Source: an uncultured Acidobacteriota bacterium (GTDB lineage: Bacteria > Acidobacteriota > Vicinamibacteria > Vicinamibacterales > UBA2999). Taken from it: 64,000 nucleotides of DNA. The stretch spans positions 130,486 through 194,485 of the forward strand of contig CAVYZT010000003.1 of NCBI GenBank assembly GCA_963773045.1. Reading direction: 5' to 3'. Positions 27,017 to 35,136 of the stretch are shown here, one piece after another; position 1 is the stretch's first letter, and each line of letters starts with the position of its first letter. The notes under the pieces are model-generated. The model was not told the origin of the DNA, did not search any database, and saw only the letters and a list, made by a program, of their open reading frames with translations. The translations under genes were made by a program, and so were the position numbers.

Positions 27017-28266
27017 GCGTCGCGATCCCCGGCGTTCTCGATCGCCTCTGGTCCCGGTATCCCTCACTGCTGGTCGACGCGGTCGACGAGCACGAGCCCG
27101 GACGGCGGATGGTGGCGGTCAAGAACGTCACGGTCGGGGAAGACTTCTTTCAAGGACATTTCCCGGGCACGCCGCTGATGCCCGCGGTACTGATGATCGA
27201 GGCGCTCACGCAGGTGGCCACCTTGCTCCTGCTCGAGCGCGACTCGATGGGCCCGTTTACGTACGTCCGGCTGCGCGGCGTGGACCGTGCGAAGTTCCGC
27301 CGGCACGTCGTCCCTGGGGATCGGCTGCGGATCGAGGTCACCCTGTCGTCGCAGCGCGGCCCGCTGGTCCGTGCCCGGGCGCTGGCCGAGGTTGACGGCC
27401 AGCCGGTCGCCGAGGCCGACCTCGTCCTGGTCGTCACGCCCAACTGCGTCGAGGTTGATCCGCTCGCTCGTATCCATCCAGGCGCCGTCATCGGCGAGGG
27501 CACTCACGTCGGCCCCTTTGCCGTCGTGGGTCCGAACGTCAAGATCGGACGCAATTGCCGGATCGGCGCGTCAGCGGTGATCGACGGCCATACCGAGATC
27601 GGCAACGAGACCGAGATTTTCCCGTTCGCTTCGATCGGCCTTCCGCCACAGGACCTCAAATACAAAGGCGAACCGACCCGGCTGGTGATCGGTGAGCGAA
27701 ACATCTTTCGTGAGTGCGTGACCATCCACCGCGGGACCGCGGGCGGCGGAGGCGTTACCACCATCGGCAGTCACAACCTCTTCATGGGCTACGTGCACGT
27801 CGCCCACGATTGCCACGTCGGCAACCACACGATTTTCGGTCCTCACGCGACGCTCGGTGGTCACGTGTCGATCGAAGATCACGCCAACATCAGCGCCGGA
27901 TCGGCCGTGCACCAGTTCTGTCGAGTCGGGGTGCACGCCTTTATCGGCGGCTACTCGGTGATTACCAAGGACGCATTGCCGTACGGACGGACGGTGGGCG
28001 GCCGCCCCGCGCGCGTCTACGGCTTGAATATCATCGGCCTGCGCCGGCGCGGGTTTTCTGAGGAGAGCCTGGCGAAGTTGCGACGGGCCTATCGCTATCT
28101 CCTGCAATCGAAGCTCAACACCAGCCAGGCGTTGACCGAGATCGAACGCGACACGTCGTTGGCGTGTCCAGAAGTGGAGTACCTGGTCACGTTCATCCGG
28201 ACCGCCACGCGCGGCGCCATTCTGCGGCGCGCCGTCCGGCGGACGGACGAGGGTGCAGAGGACTGA
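27013..28266 (+). CDS. Bifunctional fusion: 3-hydroxyacyl-ACP dehydratase FabZ (N-terminal) / acyl-ACP--UDP-GlcNAc O-acyltransferase LpxA (C-terminal)
   Basis: The N-terminal part has SRYPSLLVDAV...KNVTVGEDFFQGHFPGTPLMPAVLMIEALTQ (FabZ His and Glu present). From about residue 150, IHPGAVIGEGTHVGPFAVVGPNVKIG... hexapeptide repeats begin, with HVAHDCHVGN...LRRRGFS (LpxA). It is one uninterrupted 417-codon frame. Confidence 0.85.
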   Translation: MSVAIPGVLDRLWSRYPSLLVDAVDEHEPGRRMVAVKNVTVGEDFFQGHFPGTPLMPAVLMIEALTQVATLLLLERDSMGPFTYVRLRGVDRAKFRRHVVPGDRLRIEVTLSSQRGPLVRARALAEVDGQPVAEADLVLVVTPNCVEVDPLARIHPGAVIGEGTHVGPFAVVGPNVKIGRNCRIGASAVIDGHTEIGNETEIFPFASIGLPPQDLKYKGEPTRLVIGERNIFRECVTIHRGTAGGGGVTTIGSHNLFMGYVHVAHDCHVGNHTIFGPHATLGGHVSIEDHANISAGSAVHQFCRVGVHAFIGGYSVITKDALPYGRTVGGRPARVYGLNIIGLRRRGFSEESLAKLRRAYRYLLQSKLNTSQALTEIERDTSLACPEVEYLVTFIRTATRGAILRRAVRRTDEGAED

Positions 28267-28322
28267 GCCGTGAGAACGTCTTCGTGTCCACTGACTGATC
28301 GACGGACTGAGGCGACAGTCGA

Positions 28323-29165
28323 ATGACCGGCCGACTGATTGGCCCGCACCAGAAGCTCGGACTGATCGCGGGCAACGGCCGGTTCCCCTTCCTGGTGCTC
28401 GACGCCGCCCGCGCGATGGGCTACGAGGTCACGATCATTGCGATCAAGGAAGAGGCGTTTCCCGATCTCGCACAGTCGGCGGCTCGCGCGCCTCGTGCGG
28501 CGCTGCATTGGGTGTCGCTCGGCCATCTCGGGACGGTTCTCGACGTCCTCAAGAAAGCCGGCGTGACCGAGGCCGTCATGGCGGGTCAGGTCAAGCACGC
28601 GAAGATCTTCGGCATCATTCCGGACATGACCGCATTCTCGCTGCTGCGCCGCCTGGGTTCACGGAACACCGATTCCTTGATTTCGGCCGTCGCCGACCTG
28701 ATGAGGGATCACGGGATCGAGCTCATCAACTCCACTCAGCTTCTGCAGCCGCTCCTGGCGTCACCCGGTGTGATGAGCGAGCGCCCGCCGAGCTCGGCCG
28801 AGCGCAAGGACATTGAATTTGGCTACCGGATGGCTGACGCCGTTGCGGCGCTCGACATCGGCCAGACGGTGGCGATCAAGCACGAAGCGGTGGTCGCGGT
28901 CGAAGCGATGGAGGGTACCGACGAAGTGATCAGCCGGGCAGGATTCCTGGCGGGACCGGGCGTGTCGATCGTGAAAGTGGCGAAGCCTCAGCAGGACATG
29001 CGCTTCGACGTGCCAGTCGTCGGACTGGCGACGATCCAGGCACTCCGTCGCGCATCGGCGACCGCGTTGTCACTGGATGCGGGCAAGACACTGATCTTCG
29101 ATCGCGACGACTTCTTTGCCTCCGCCAACGAAGCCGGCATTGCCATCGTCGGGAGAGAACGATGA
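28323..29165 (+). CDS. lpxI: UDP-2,3-diacylglucosamine diphosphatase LpxI (DUF1009 family)
   Basis: [16 protein letters not shown]-terminus and [14 protein letters not shown]...FDVPVVG motifs. It sits next to lpxA. Confidence 0.8.
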   Translation: MTGRLIGPHQKLGLIAGNGRFPFLVLDAARAMGYEVTIIAIKEEAFPDLAQSAARAPRAALHWVSLGHLGTVLDVLKKAGVTEAVMAGQVKHAKIFGIIPDMTAFSLLRRLGSRNTDSLISAVADLMRDHGIELINSTQLLQPLLASPGVMSERPPSSAERKDIEFGYRMADAVAALDIGQTVAIKHEAVVAVEAMEGTDEVISRAGFLAGPGVSIVKVAKPQQDMRFDVPVVGLATIQALRRASATALSLDAGKTLIFDRDDFFASANEAGIAIVGRER

Positions 29166-29187
29166 GGCCTCATCATGGGGGGGCGCG

Positions 29188-30117
29188 ATGAGGGCGGCCG
29201 TCATTGGCGTTGGCCACCTCGGCAAGCATCACGCGCGCATCCTCTCGACCCTGCCCGGCGTGACGCTGGTCGGCGTGGTTGACACCAATGCCGAGCGCGC
29301 CGAGAGAATTGCCGCCGATCACGGCACTCGCGCGTACTCCGATTGGCGCGAGCTTGCCGGCAAGGTCGATGTCGCCGTCGTGGCGGTTCCGACTGAAGCA
29401 CATGCGGAAGTGGGCGTGCCGCTCATCAAGTCGGGCATCCATGCCTTGGTGGAGAAGCCGCTGGCCTCGACCGTAGAGGAGGCGAATCGGTTGATCGCTG
29501 CGGCCAAAGACGGTCGTGTCGTGCTGGCGGTCGGGCACAGCGAGCGATTCAATCCCGCCTTCACGGCCGCGAAGCCGCACATTCAGGATCCACGCTTCAT
29601 CGAGGTCCACCGGCTGGGGACGTTCTCCGAACGCAGTCTGGACATCGATGTGGTCTTGGACCTCATGATTCACGATCTCGACCTGCTCTTGAGCCTCGTC
29701 AAGAGTGAGGTCGAGAGCGCCGAAGCGGTCGGCGTCCCGGTATTGACGCGCCGAATCGATATCGCCAACGTGCGGCTGAAGTTCAAGAACGGCTGCATCG
29801 CGAACCTCACGGCCAGCCGCATCAGCCGTGAGCCGGTGCGAAAGATCCGCTTCTTCGAGCGCGACTCGTACGTCTCGATCGATTCCGCGGCCCGGGAAGT
29901 CGAACGATGGAGTCTCGTGCGCCAGCCAGGGGCGCTGCCGAAGATCGAAGGCGGCAAGCTCGAGGTGAGCGGGGAAGAGCCGCTCAAGCGCGAGCTGGAG
30001 GACTTTGTGGGAGCGATCCGCGATTCGCGGGCTCCTGAAGTGACGGGTGATCAAGGACGGGCCGCGCTGCAGCTGGCGGTCAGAATCGTCGACCTTATGG
30101 GGCACGGGCTCTCGTGA
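29188..30117 (+). CDS. Gfo/Idh/MocA family NAD-dependent oxidoreductase (possibly GnnA-like)
   Basis: The internal ATG of ORF 29116..30117 gives MRAAVIGVGHLGKHHARIL..., a Rossmann N-terminus, with EKPLASTVEEA. It lies in lipid A gene context. Confidence 0.8.
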   Translation: MRAAVIGVGHLGKHHARILSTLPGVTLVGVVDTNAERAERIAADHGTRAYSDWRELAGKVDVAVVAVPTEAHAEVGVPLIKSGIHALVEKPLASTVEEANRLIAAAKDGRVVLAVGHSERFNPAFTAAKPHIQDPRFIEVHRLGTFSERSLDIDVVLDLMIHDLDLLLSLVKSEVESAEAVGVPVLTRRIDIANVRLKFKNGCIANLTASRISREPVRKIRFFERDSYVSIDSAAREVERWSLVRQPGALPKIEGGKLEVSGEEPLKRELEDFVGAIRDSRAPEVTGDQGRAALQLAVRIVDLMGHGLS

Positions 30118-30992
30118 ACGACCTGATGGAGATCAACACGGCGATCGCCGGCCGAGCGCGAGCCGGCCTGGCTTTGACGGCGGCCGAGATCGACGAGCTG
30201 GCGACGGCGGATGTGCTGTCGCTCGGGATGCTGGCCGACGATGTGCGGCGCGCGCGGGTGGGCGATCGCGTCACGTTCGTTCGCGTGCACGAATGGAAAC
30301 CGGGCGAGGACGAAGTGCCTCTCGCCGCGCGAGAAGTGCGCCTGACTGAGCTGCCGGGGACGCTGGAAGCAGCGACCGCAAGGATACGAGCGGCCCGCGC
30401 GGCCGGTGGCCAGAGGCGCCTGTCCGGCTTTTCGCTCGCGGCCGTGGTCGAGCGCGCGGGATCGGGTTGGGGCTCGCCGGTCGACGTCCTGAAACAGTTG
30501 AAGGATGCCGGTCTCGAAGCCATCGCCCACGCGCCGGTCGATGCGCTGGCGGAAGCATCATCTGCCCTGGGCGCGGTCTTCGAAGCCGGCCTGGCGGTTG
30601 GGTGCTTGTCTGTCCAGCGGCCAATCGAGTCTGACCGAACCGGCTTGCTGATCCGGATGCGAACGGTCGCCTCCGAATTCCCTGCGATCAAGACGTTGGC
30701 GCCATTGCCGCGGGAGCAGTCGACGATGGTGCCGACCACCGGTTACGACGATGTCCGAATGGTCGCGCTCGCAAGGCTGGTGGTGTCGACCGTGCCGCAC
30801 ATTCAGGTGGACTGGTCGCAGTACGGGCCGAAGCTGGCGCAGGTCGCGCTGACGTTCGGGGCCGACGACCTCGATCGCGTGTCGGCCATCGACGACGAAA
30901 GCGTCGGCCGCCGCCGAATGGCCGCCGAAGACGTCAAGCGCAACATCACCGCGGCCGGACTTGTGGCGATCGAACGAGACCTGCCGGCATGA
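30114..30992 (+). CDS. MqnC/MqnE/CofH-like protein lacking the radical-SAM CxxxCxxC motif
   Basis: The C-terminal part TGYDDVRMVALARLVVSTVPHIQVDWSQYGPKLAQVALTFGADDLD aligns by eye with TGIDYLRTLAVARLVLDNFDNLQASWVTQGGKVGQLSLAFGANDMG of the neighbouring radical-SAM enzyme. No Cys triad is present. It has a GTGA overlap upstream and an ATGA overlap downstream. Confidence 0.6.
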   Translation: MNDLMEINTAIAGRARAGLALTAAEIDELATADVLSLGMLADDVRRARVGDRVTFVRVHEWKPGEDEVPLAAREVRLTELPGTLEAATARIRAARAAGGQRRLSGFSLAAVVERAGSGWGSPVDVLKQLKDAGLEAIAHAPVDALAEASSALGAVFEAGLAVGCLSVQRPIESDRTGLLIRMRTVASEFPAIKTLAPLPREQSTMVPTTGYDDVRMVALARLVVSTVPHIQVDWSQYGPKLAQVALTFGADDLDRVSAIDDESVGRRRMAAEDVKRNITAAGLVAIERDLPA

Positions 30993-31780
30993 TGCGTCTA
31001 CGGCTCGGCGCCGTTTCGTATCTGAATACCAAACCGCTCGTCTACGGTCTCGACGCCAGCCGGGAACTCTTCTCGGTTCGCTACGACGTCCCGTCGCAGT
31101 GCGCCGCGCTGCTGCATAAGGGCCACGTGGACCTCGGCCTGATCCCATCGATCGAGTATCTGCGCGGGGACTACGCCATGGTCCCTGACGTTGCGATCGG
31201 CTCGAACGGGCCGATCGCGTCGGTCGCGATATTCACACGGGTCCCGATCGACCAGATTCGCACGCTCGCACTCGACACCAGCTCGCGCACCTCAGCAGCC
31301 CTCACCAAGATCCTATGCGCGAAGCGATGGCAGATCGCACCGACGCTGGTTCCGTGCAGGCCCGACATCACCACCATGCTTGCCAAGGCGGACGCGGCCC
31401 TGCTCATCGGCGATCCGGCGCTGGAGTTGAATCCTGAGACCCATGGAGTGTCGAAGGTCGATCTTGGCACCGAGTGGCATGCGCTGACCGGCTTGCCGTT
31501 TGTGTTTGCCGTGTGGGCGGGCCGGCCGGGTATTGCCACCACGGAACATTGCGCGGGCTTGCAGACGGCCCGCGATCGCGGCGTCGCGAATGTCGTGGCG
31601 ATTGCGCGCGAGAACGGGCGCGGCGATCCGGCCACCGCCGATCGGGCCCTGCGATACCTGCGTGATAATCTCAAATACGGTTTGGGCGATGCGGAGATCG
31701 CTGGGCTCCTGCAGTTTCATCTGTGGGCCGTCCAGTTAGGGATTGCTCCGCAGCTGAAGCCGCTTCGCGTCTACGAATGA
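30989..31780 (+). CDS. mqnA: Chorismate dehydratase MqnA (futalosine pathway)
   Basis: MRLRLGAVSYLNTKPLVYGL...LHKGHVDLGLIPSIEY...ALLIGDPAL is typical of the MqnA/MqnD (VitK2_biosynth) family. Confidence 0.85.
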   Translation: MMRLRLGAVSYLNTKPLVYGLDASRELFSVRYDVPSQCAALLHKGHVDLGLIPSIEYLRGDYAMVPDVAIGSNGPIASVAIFTRVPIDQIRTLALDTSSRTSAALTKILCAKRWQIAPTLVPCRPDITTMLAKADAALLIGDPALELNPETHGVSKVDLGTEWHALTGLPFVFAVWAGRPGIATTEHCAGLQTARDRGVANVVAIARENGRGDPATADRALRYLRDNLKYGLGDAEIAGLLQFHLWAVQLGIAPQLKPLRVYE

Positions 31781-33006
31781 CGACGACACTACTGGCGTTG
31801 CAGGAGCGCGTCGAGAACGGCGGCCGTCTCACCGCTGGCGAGGCGCTCCATCTCTACCGCCATGCACCGACCTACTGGCTCGGGCGGATGGCCGACCACG
31901 TGCGATGCCACAAGCATCCCGACGGCATCGTCACCTACATCATCGACCGCAACGTCAACTATACGAACGTCTGCGTCGCCCGATGTAACTTCTGCGCCTT
32001 CTATCGGCCCGTCGGTCACGGCGAAGGCTACGTGCTCGGATTCGAGGAGATTTTCCGGAAGATTGACGAGACGCGCGCGCTCGGCGGCGTCCAGTTGCTG
32101 CTGCAGGGTGGCCACAACCCCGACCTTCCGATTGCGTGGTACGAGGATTTGTTCCGTTCGGTGAAAGCCCGATATCCGGACTTCAAGCTGCACGCGCTGT
32201 CGCCCCCGGAAGTCATTCACCTGTCGCGTACGTCGAAGCTGCCGGTGCCCGCGGTCATCGATCGGTTGATTGCCGCCGGACTCGACAGCATCCCAGGCGG
32301 CGGCGCCGAGATTCTCGTCGATCGTGTCCGCAAGCTCCTGAATTGCTACAGCAAGGCCAGCGCGGATGAATGGCTCGACGTGATGCGCCATGCGCACCGC
32401 TCAGGCCTGCGAACCACCGCGACCATGATGTACGGGACGGTCGAAACCGACGAAGAACGGCTCGAGCACTTGCTGCGTCTGCGGGCGCTGCAGGACGAGA
32501 CCGGCGGCTTCACCGCGTTCATCACGTGGAGCTATCAGCCCGAACACACCGAACGCGGCGGCTCAGAAGCGACGGGCATCGACTACCTGCGGACGTTGGC
32601 GGTTGCGCGTCTGGTGCTCGACAATTTCGACAACCTGCAGGCCTCTTGGGTGACGCAGGGTGGCAAGGTCGGTCAGTTGAGCCTGGCGTTTGGCGCCAAC
32701 GACATGGGCAGCGTGATGATCGAAGAGAACGTCGTGCGGGCGGCCGGCGCGGCGTACTGCATGGACGAGGTCGAGATTGTCCGCAATGTCGAAGACGCGG
32801 GTTTCGTCGCCAAGCGCCGCAACATGCATTACGACCTGCTCGGCGATCCGTTCTTCCGCGAGCGCGAGGTGCCCCGGACGCTGGAGTTGGCGACGGCACG
32901 CGAGGCGGGCGATGCCTCCGTTCCTGCCGAGCTCGTCAACTATCCCGCACGCAGCGCCGCCGGCAAGCGCCAACGGGCCCGCCAGCCCGATTCGCCGGTC
33001 GCATGA
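31777..33006 (+). CDS. Radical SAM menaquinone biosynthesis enzyme of the MqnC/MqnE family (cannot be discriminated by eye)
   Basis: The internal ATG of ORF 31723..33006 forms an ATGA overlap with mqnA. The sequence has IIDRNVNYTNVCVARCNFCAFYR (CxxxCxxC) and GGVQLLLQGGHNP. Confidence 0.8.
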   Translation: MTTTLLALQERVENGGRLTAGEALHLYRHAPTYWLGRMADHVRCHKHPDGIVTYIIDRNVNYTNVCVARCNFCAFYRPVGHGEGYVLGFEEIFRKIDETRALGGVQLLLQGGHNPDLPIAWYEDLFRSVKARYPDFKLHALSPPEVIHLSRTSKLPVPAVIDRLIAAGLDSIPGGGAEILVDRVRKLLNCYSKASADEWLDVMRHAHRSGLRTTATMMYGTVETDEERLEHLLRLRALQDETGGFTAFITWSYQPEHTERGGSEATGIDYLRTLAVARLVLDNFDNLQASWVTQGGKVGQLSLAFGANDMGSVMIEENVVRAAGAAYCMDEVEIVRNVEDAGFVAKRRNMHYDLLGDPFFREREVPRTLELATAREAGDASVPAELVNYPARSAAGKRQRARQPDSPVA

Positions 33007-34256
33007 TCGTTTACCGGGCGGCTTGGGTCTGCCCGATCGATCGGCCCCCAATCCAGGACGGCTGGGTTGCGGTGGAAGACGGCCGGATTCTCCAACTCGG
33101 CGGTCTGTCCGACCTGCCGCCAAACTCAGCAAACCGTCCCTTACAAGAAGCCGGAGAGCGTCCCCAACTTCCAGTGACGCGGGATCTGGGCGCCGTGGCG
33201 TTGTTGCCGGGTCTGGTGAATGCTCACACGCACCTCGAGCTCTCCTGGCTCCGTGGGCGGGTGCCTCCGAGCTCGAGCTTCATCGGGTGGATCACGCAGC
33301 TCCTTGCGCTTCGCCGGAGGCCGGAGGATCCTTCGGACCCGACGGTGCTCGCCGCCGCCCTTGCCGCCGCCAGCGAAGCGTGCGAGTCGGGCACCGTCGC
33401 CGTCGGCGACATCAGCAATTCGCTCGCCTCGGTGGGACCGATGGCAGAGGCCGGGCTTGGCGGGCTGGTCTTTCACGAGCTGCTCGGCTTTGCCGAGCGC
33501 GACGGGAGCCCGGTCGAGCGGTCGATGAGCGCACGGCAGCGGGCCGCAGCGCTGGGCGCGCGTGTCTCGATTGCGCCGCACGCGCCGTATTCCACGTCGC
33601 CCGAGCTCTTCCGCGCCATACGCGCGGCGGTCAGCGCCTCGGAGCTGCCGATTACCAGCGTCCACCTCGGCGAGTCGCCCGAAGAAACCGAGATGCTCGA
33701 GCGAGGGACAGGACCCTGGCCCGCGATGCTCAAGATGGTTGGAGTCTGGCGCGATGACTGGAAAGTTCCGCACTGCGGGCCGGTCGAGTACCTCGACGGC
33801 CTTGGAGTGCTCGACGCCAGAACGCTCGTCGTTCACGGGGTGCAATTCGACCAGCCGGCGCTCGCACGGCTGGCCGAGATCGGTGCAACCATCGTCACCT
33901 GTCCGCGAAGCAACCAATGGGTGGGCGTCGGCGTTCCGCCCGTCGAACGCTTCTACCACTCTGGCGTGCCGGTAGCGGTCGGCACCGACAGCCTCGCCAG
34001 CGTCGACGATCTGAATCTCTTCAGCGAGCTGAAGACGATGCGCTGGCTGGCGCCGTCGGTGCCCGCGGGTGAGCTGTTGAAGAGCGCCACGCTCGTCGGC
34101 GCCCGAGCGCTCGGCCTTGACGCCGACCTGGGCACGCTGGCGCCCGGCAAGCTCGACGCGATGATCGCAGTAGAGTTACGTGCACCCATTGATGATGTCG
34201 AAGAGTACTTGGTAAGCGGGATCGAGCCGGTTCAGATCAAACTCGTGAAACCGTGA
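33003..34256 (+). CDS. Amidohydrolase family protein, putative aminofutalosine deaminase
   Basis: The internal ATG of ORF 32370..34256 forms an ATGA overlap. The sequence has MIVYRAAWVCPID..., LPGLVNAHTHLELS (HxH metal site) and VAVGTDSLASV. It lies in mqn operon context. Confidence 0.7.
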   Translation: MIVYRAAWVCPIDRPPIQDGWVAVEDGRILQLGGLSDLPPNSANRPLQEAGERPQLPVTRDLGAVALLPGLVNAHTHLELSWLRGRVPPSSSFIGWITQLLALRRRPEDPSDPTVLAAALAAASEACESGTVAVGDISNSLASVGPMAEAGLGGLVFHELLGFAERDGSPVERSMSARQRAAALGARVSIAPHAPYSTSPELFRAIRAAVSASELPITSVHLGESPEETEMLERGTGPWPAMLKMVGVWRDDWKVPHCGPVEYLDGLGVLDARTLVVHGVQFDQPALARLAEIGATIVTCPRSNQWVGVGVPPVERFYHSGVPVAVGTDSLASVDDLNLFSELKTMRWLAPSVPAGELLKSATLVGARALGLDADLGTLAPGKLDAMIAVELRAPIDDVEEYLVSGIEPVQIKLVKP

Positions 34257-34292
34257 ACCTGTGAACCCTTGAACCCTTGAATCCGTGACCCG
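34245..34292 (+). repeat. Six tandem octamers (gtgaaacc gtgaacct gtgaaccc ttgaaccc ttgaatcc gtgacccg) spanning the upstream stop codon and the downstream GTG start
   Basis: Read directly. The first unit encodes the last residues of the amidohydrolase, and the last unit carries the UbiA-family start codon. Confidence 0.8.
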
Positions 34293-35136
34293 GCTCTCCA
34301 CGTACCTCTCATTCGTCCGCTTCAGCCACTCGGTCTTCGCGCTGCCGTTCGCCTTGACCGGAGCGCTGCTGGCCTCGCGTCATCAGACGGTCGGCTGGCG
34401 GCAGGTGCTCTGGATCGTGGTGGCGATGGTCGCTGCGCGAAGCGCCGCGATGGGATTCAACCGCCTGGTGGACGCGCGATTCGACGCGCTCAATCCGCGT
34501 ACGGCGTCTCGAGAGCTACCCAAGGGCGTCATGTCGACCGCCGAGGCCGCCGGGTTCGTGATCGTCGCCTCGGCGCTGTTCGTGTTCGCCTCGTGGCAAC
34601 TGAGCCCGCTCTGCGCGATGTTGTCGCCGGTCGCGCTGGGGATTGTCTTCTGGTATTCGCTGGCCAAGCGATACACGACCTACACGCAGGCGTTTCTCGG
34701 TCTGGCGATGGCGGTGGCGCCGGTTGGCGGCTGGCTGGCCGCCGGCGGCCGCGGCGGGTGGGAGCCGTGGCTGCTTGGACTGGCGATCGGGTTGTGGGTG
34801 GGCGGCTTCGACATCCTCTACGCCTGCCAGGACGTCGATTTCGATCGCTCGCACGGGCTGCGCTCGATTCCGGTTCGGTTCGGGATCGCGCGCTCGCTCT
34901 GGCTGTCCCGGGTCGTTCACGTCCTGACCATCGTCTGCATGGTCGGGCTGGCGTGGCTCGTGCCGCTCGGGCCGGTCTATCTCGCGGGCGTCGCCATTGT
35001 CGCGCTGCTCTTGTTCTACGAGCAGTCGCTCGTGAGCCCGCACGATCTCTCGCAAGTGAAGCGCGCTTTCGATCTCAACGGCTGGGTCGGGATCGTGTAC
35101 TTCCTCACCGTGGGATTGGCGCTCTATGTCAGCTGA
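34285..35136 (+). CDS. UbiA family prenyltransferase (putative 1,4-dihydroxy-6-naphthoate polyprenyltransferase)
   Basis: LSFVRFSHSVFALPFALTGALLA N-terminus, multiple TM spans, Asp-rich motifs (NRLVDARFD, CQDVDFD). It lies between mqn genes and ubiE. Confidence 0.8.
   Translation: MTRLSTYLSFVRFSHSVFALPFALTGALLASRHQTVGWRQVLWIVVAMVAARSAAMGFNRLVDARFDALNPRTASRELPKGVMSTAEAAGFVIVASALFVFASWQLSPLCAMLSPVALGIVFWYSLAKRYTTYTQAFLGLAMAVAPVGGWLAAGGRGGWEPWLLGLAIGLWVGGFDILYACQDVDFDRSHGLRSIPVRFGIARSLWLSRVVHVLTIVCMVGLAWLVPLGPVYLAGVAIVALLLFYEQSLVSPHDLSQVKRAFDLNGWVGIVYFLTVGLALYVS

Noticed and set aside
32370-33002. The N-terminal 211 residues of the 628-aa ORF 32370..34256, and similarly the 5' extensions of ORFs 6492, 26093, 29116, 31723, 37752, 41056, 45163 and 56643, as real extensions or fusions.
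   Set aside because: These extensions are Arg/Pro/Ala-rich alternate-frame readings of the preceding gene. Conserved family N-termini begin at the internal ATG, GTG or TTG, usually with a 4-nt stop/start overlap.
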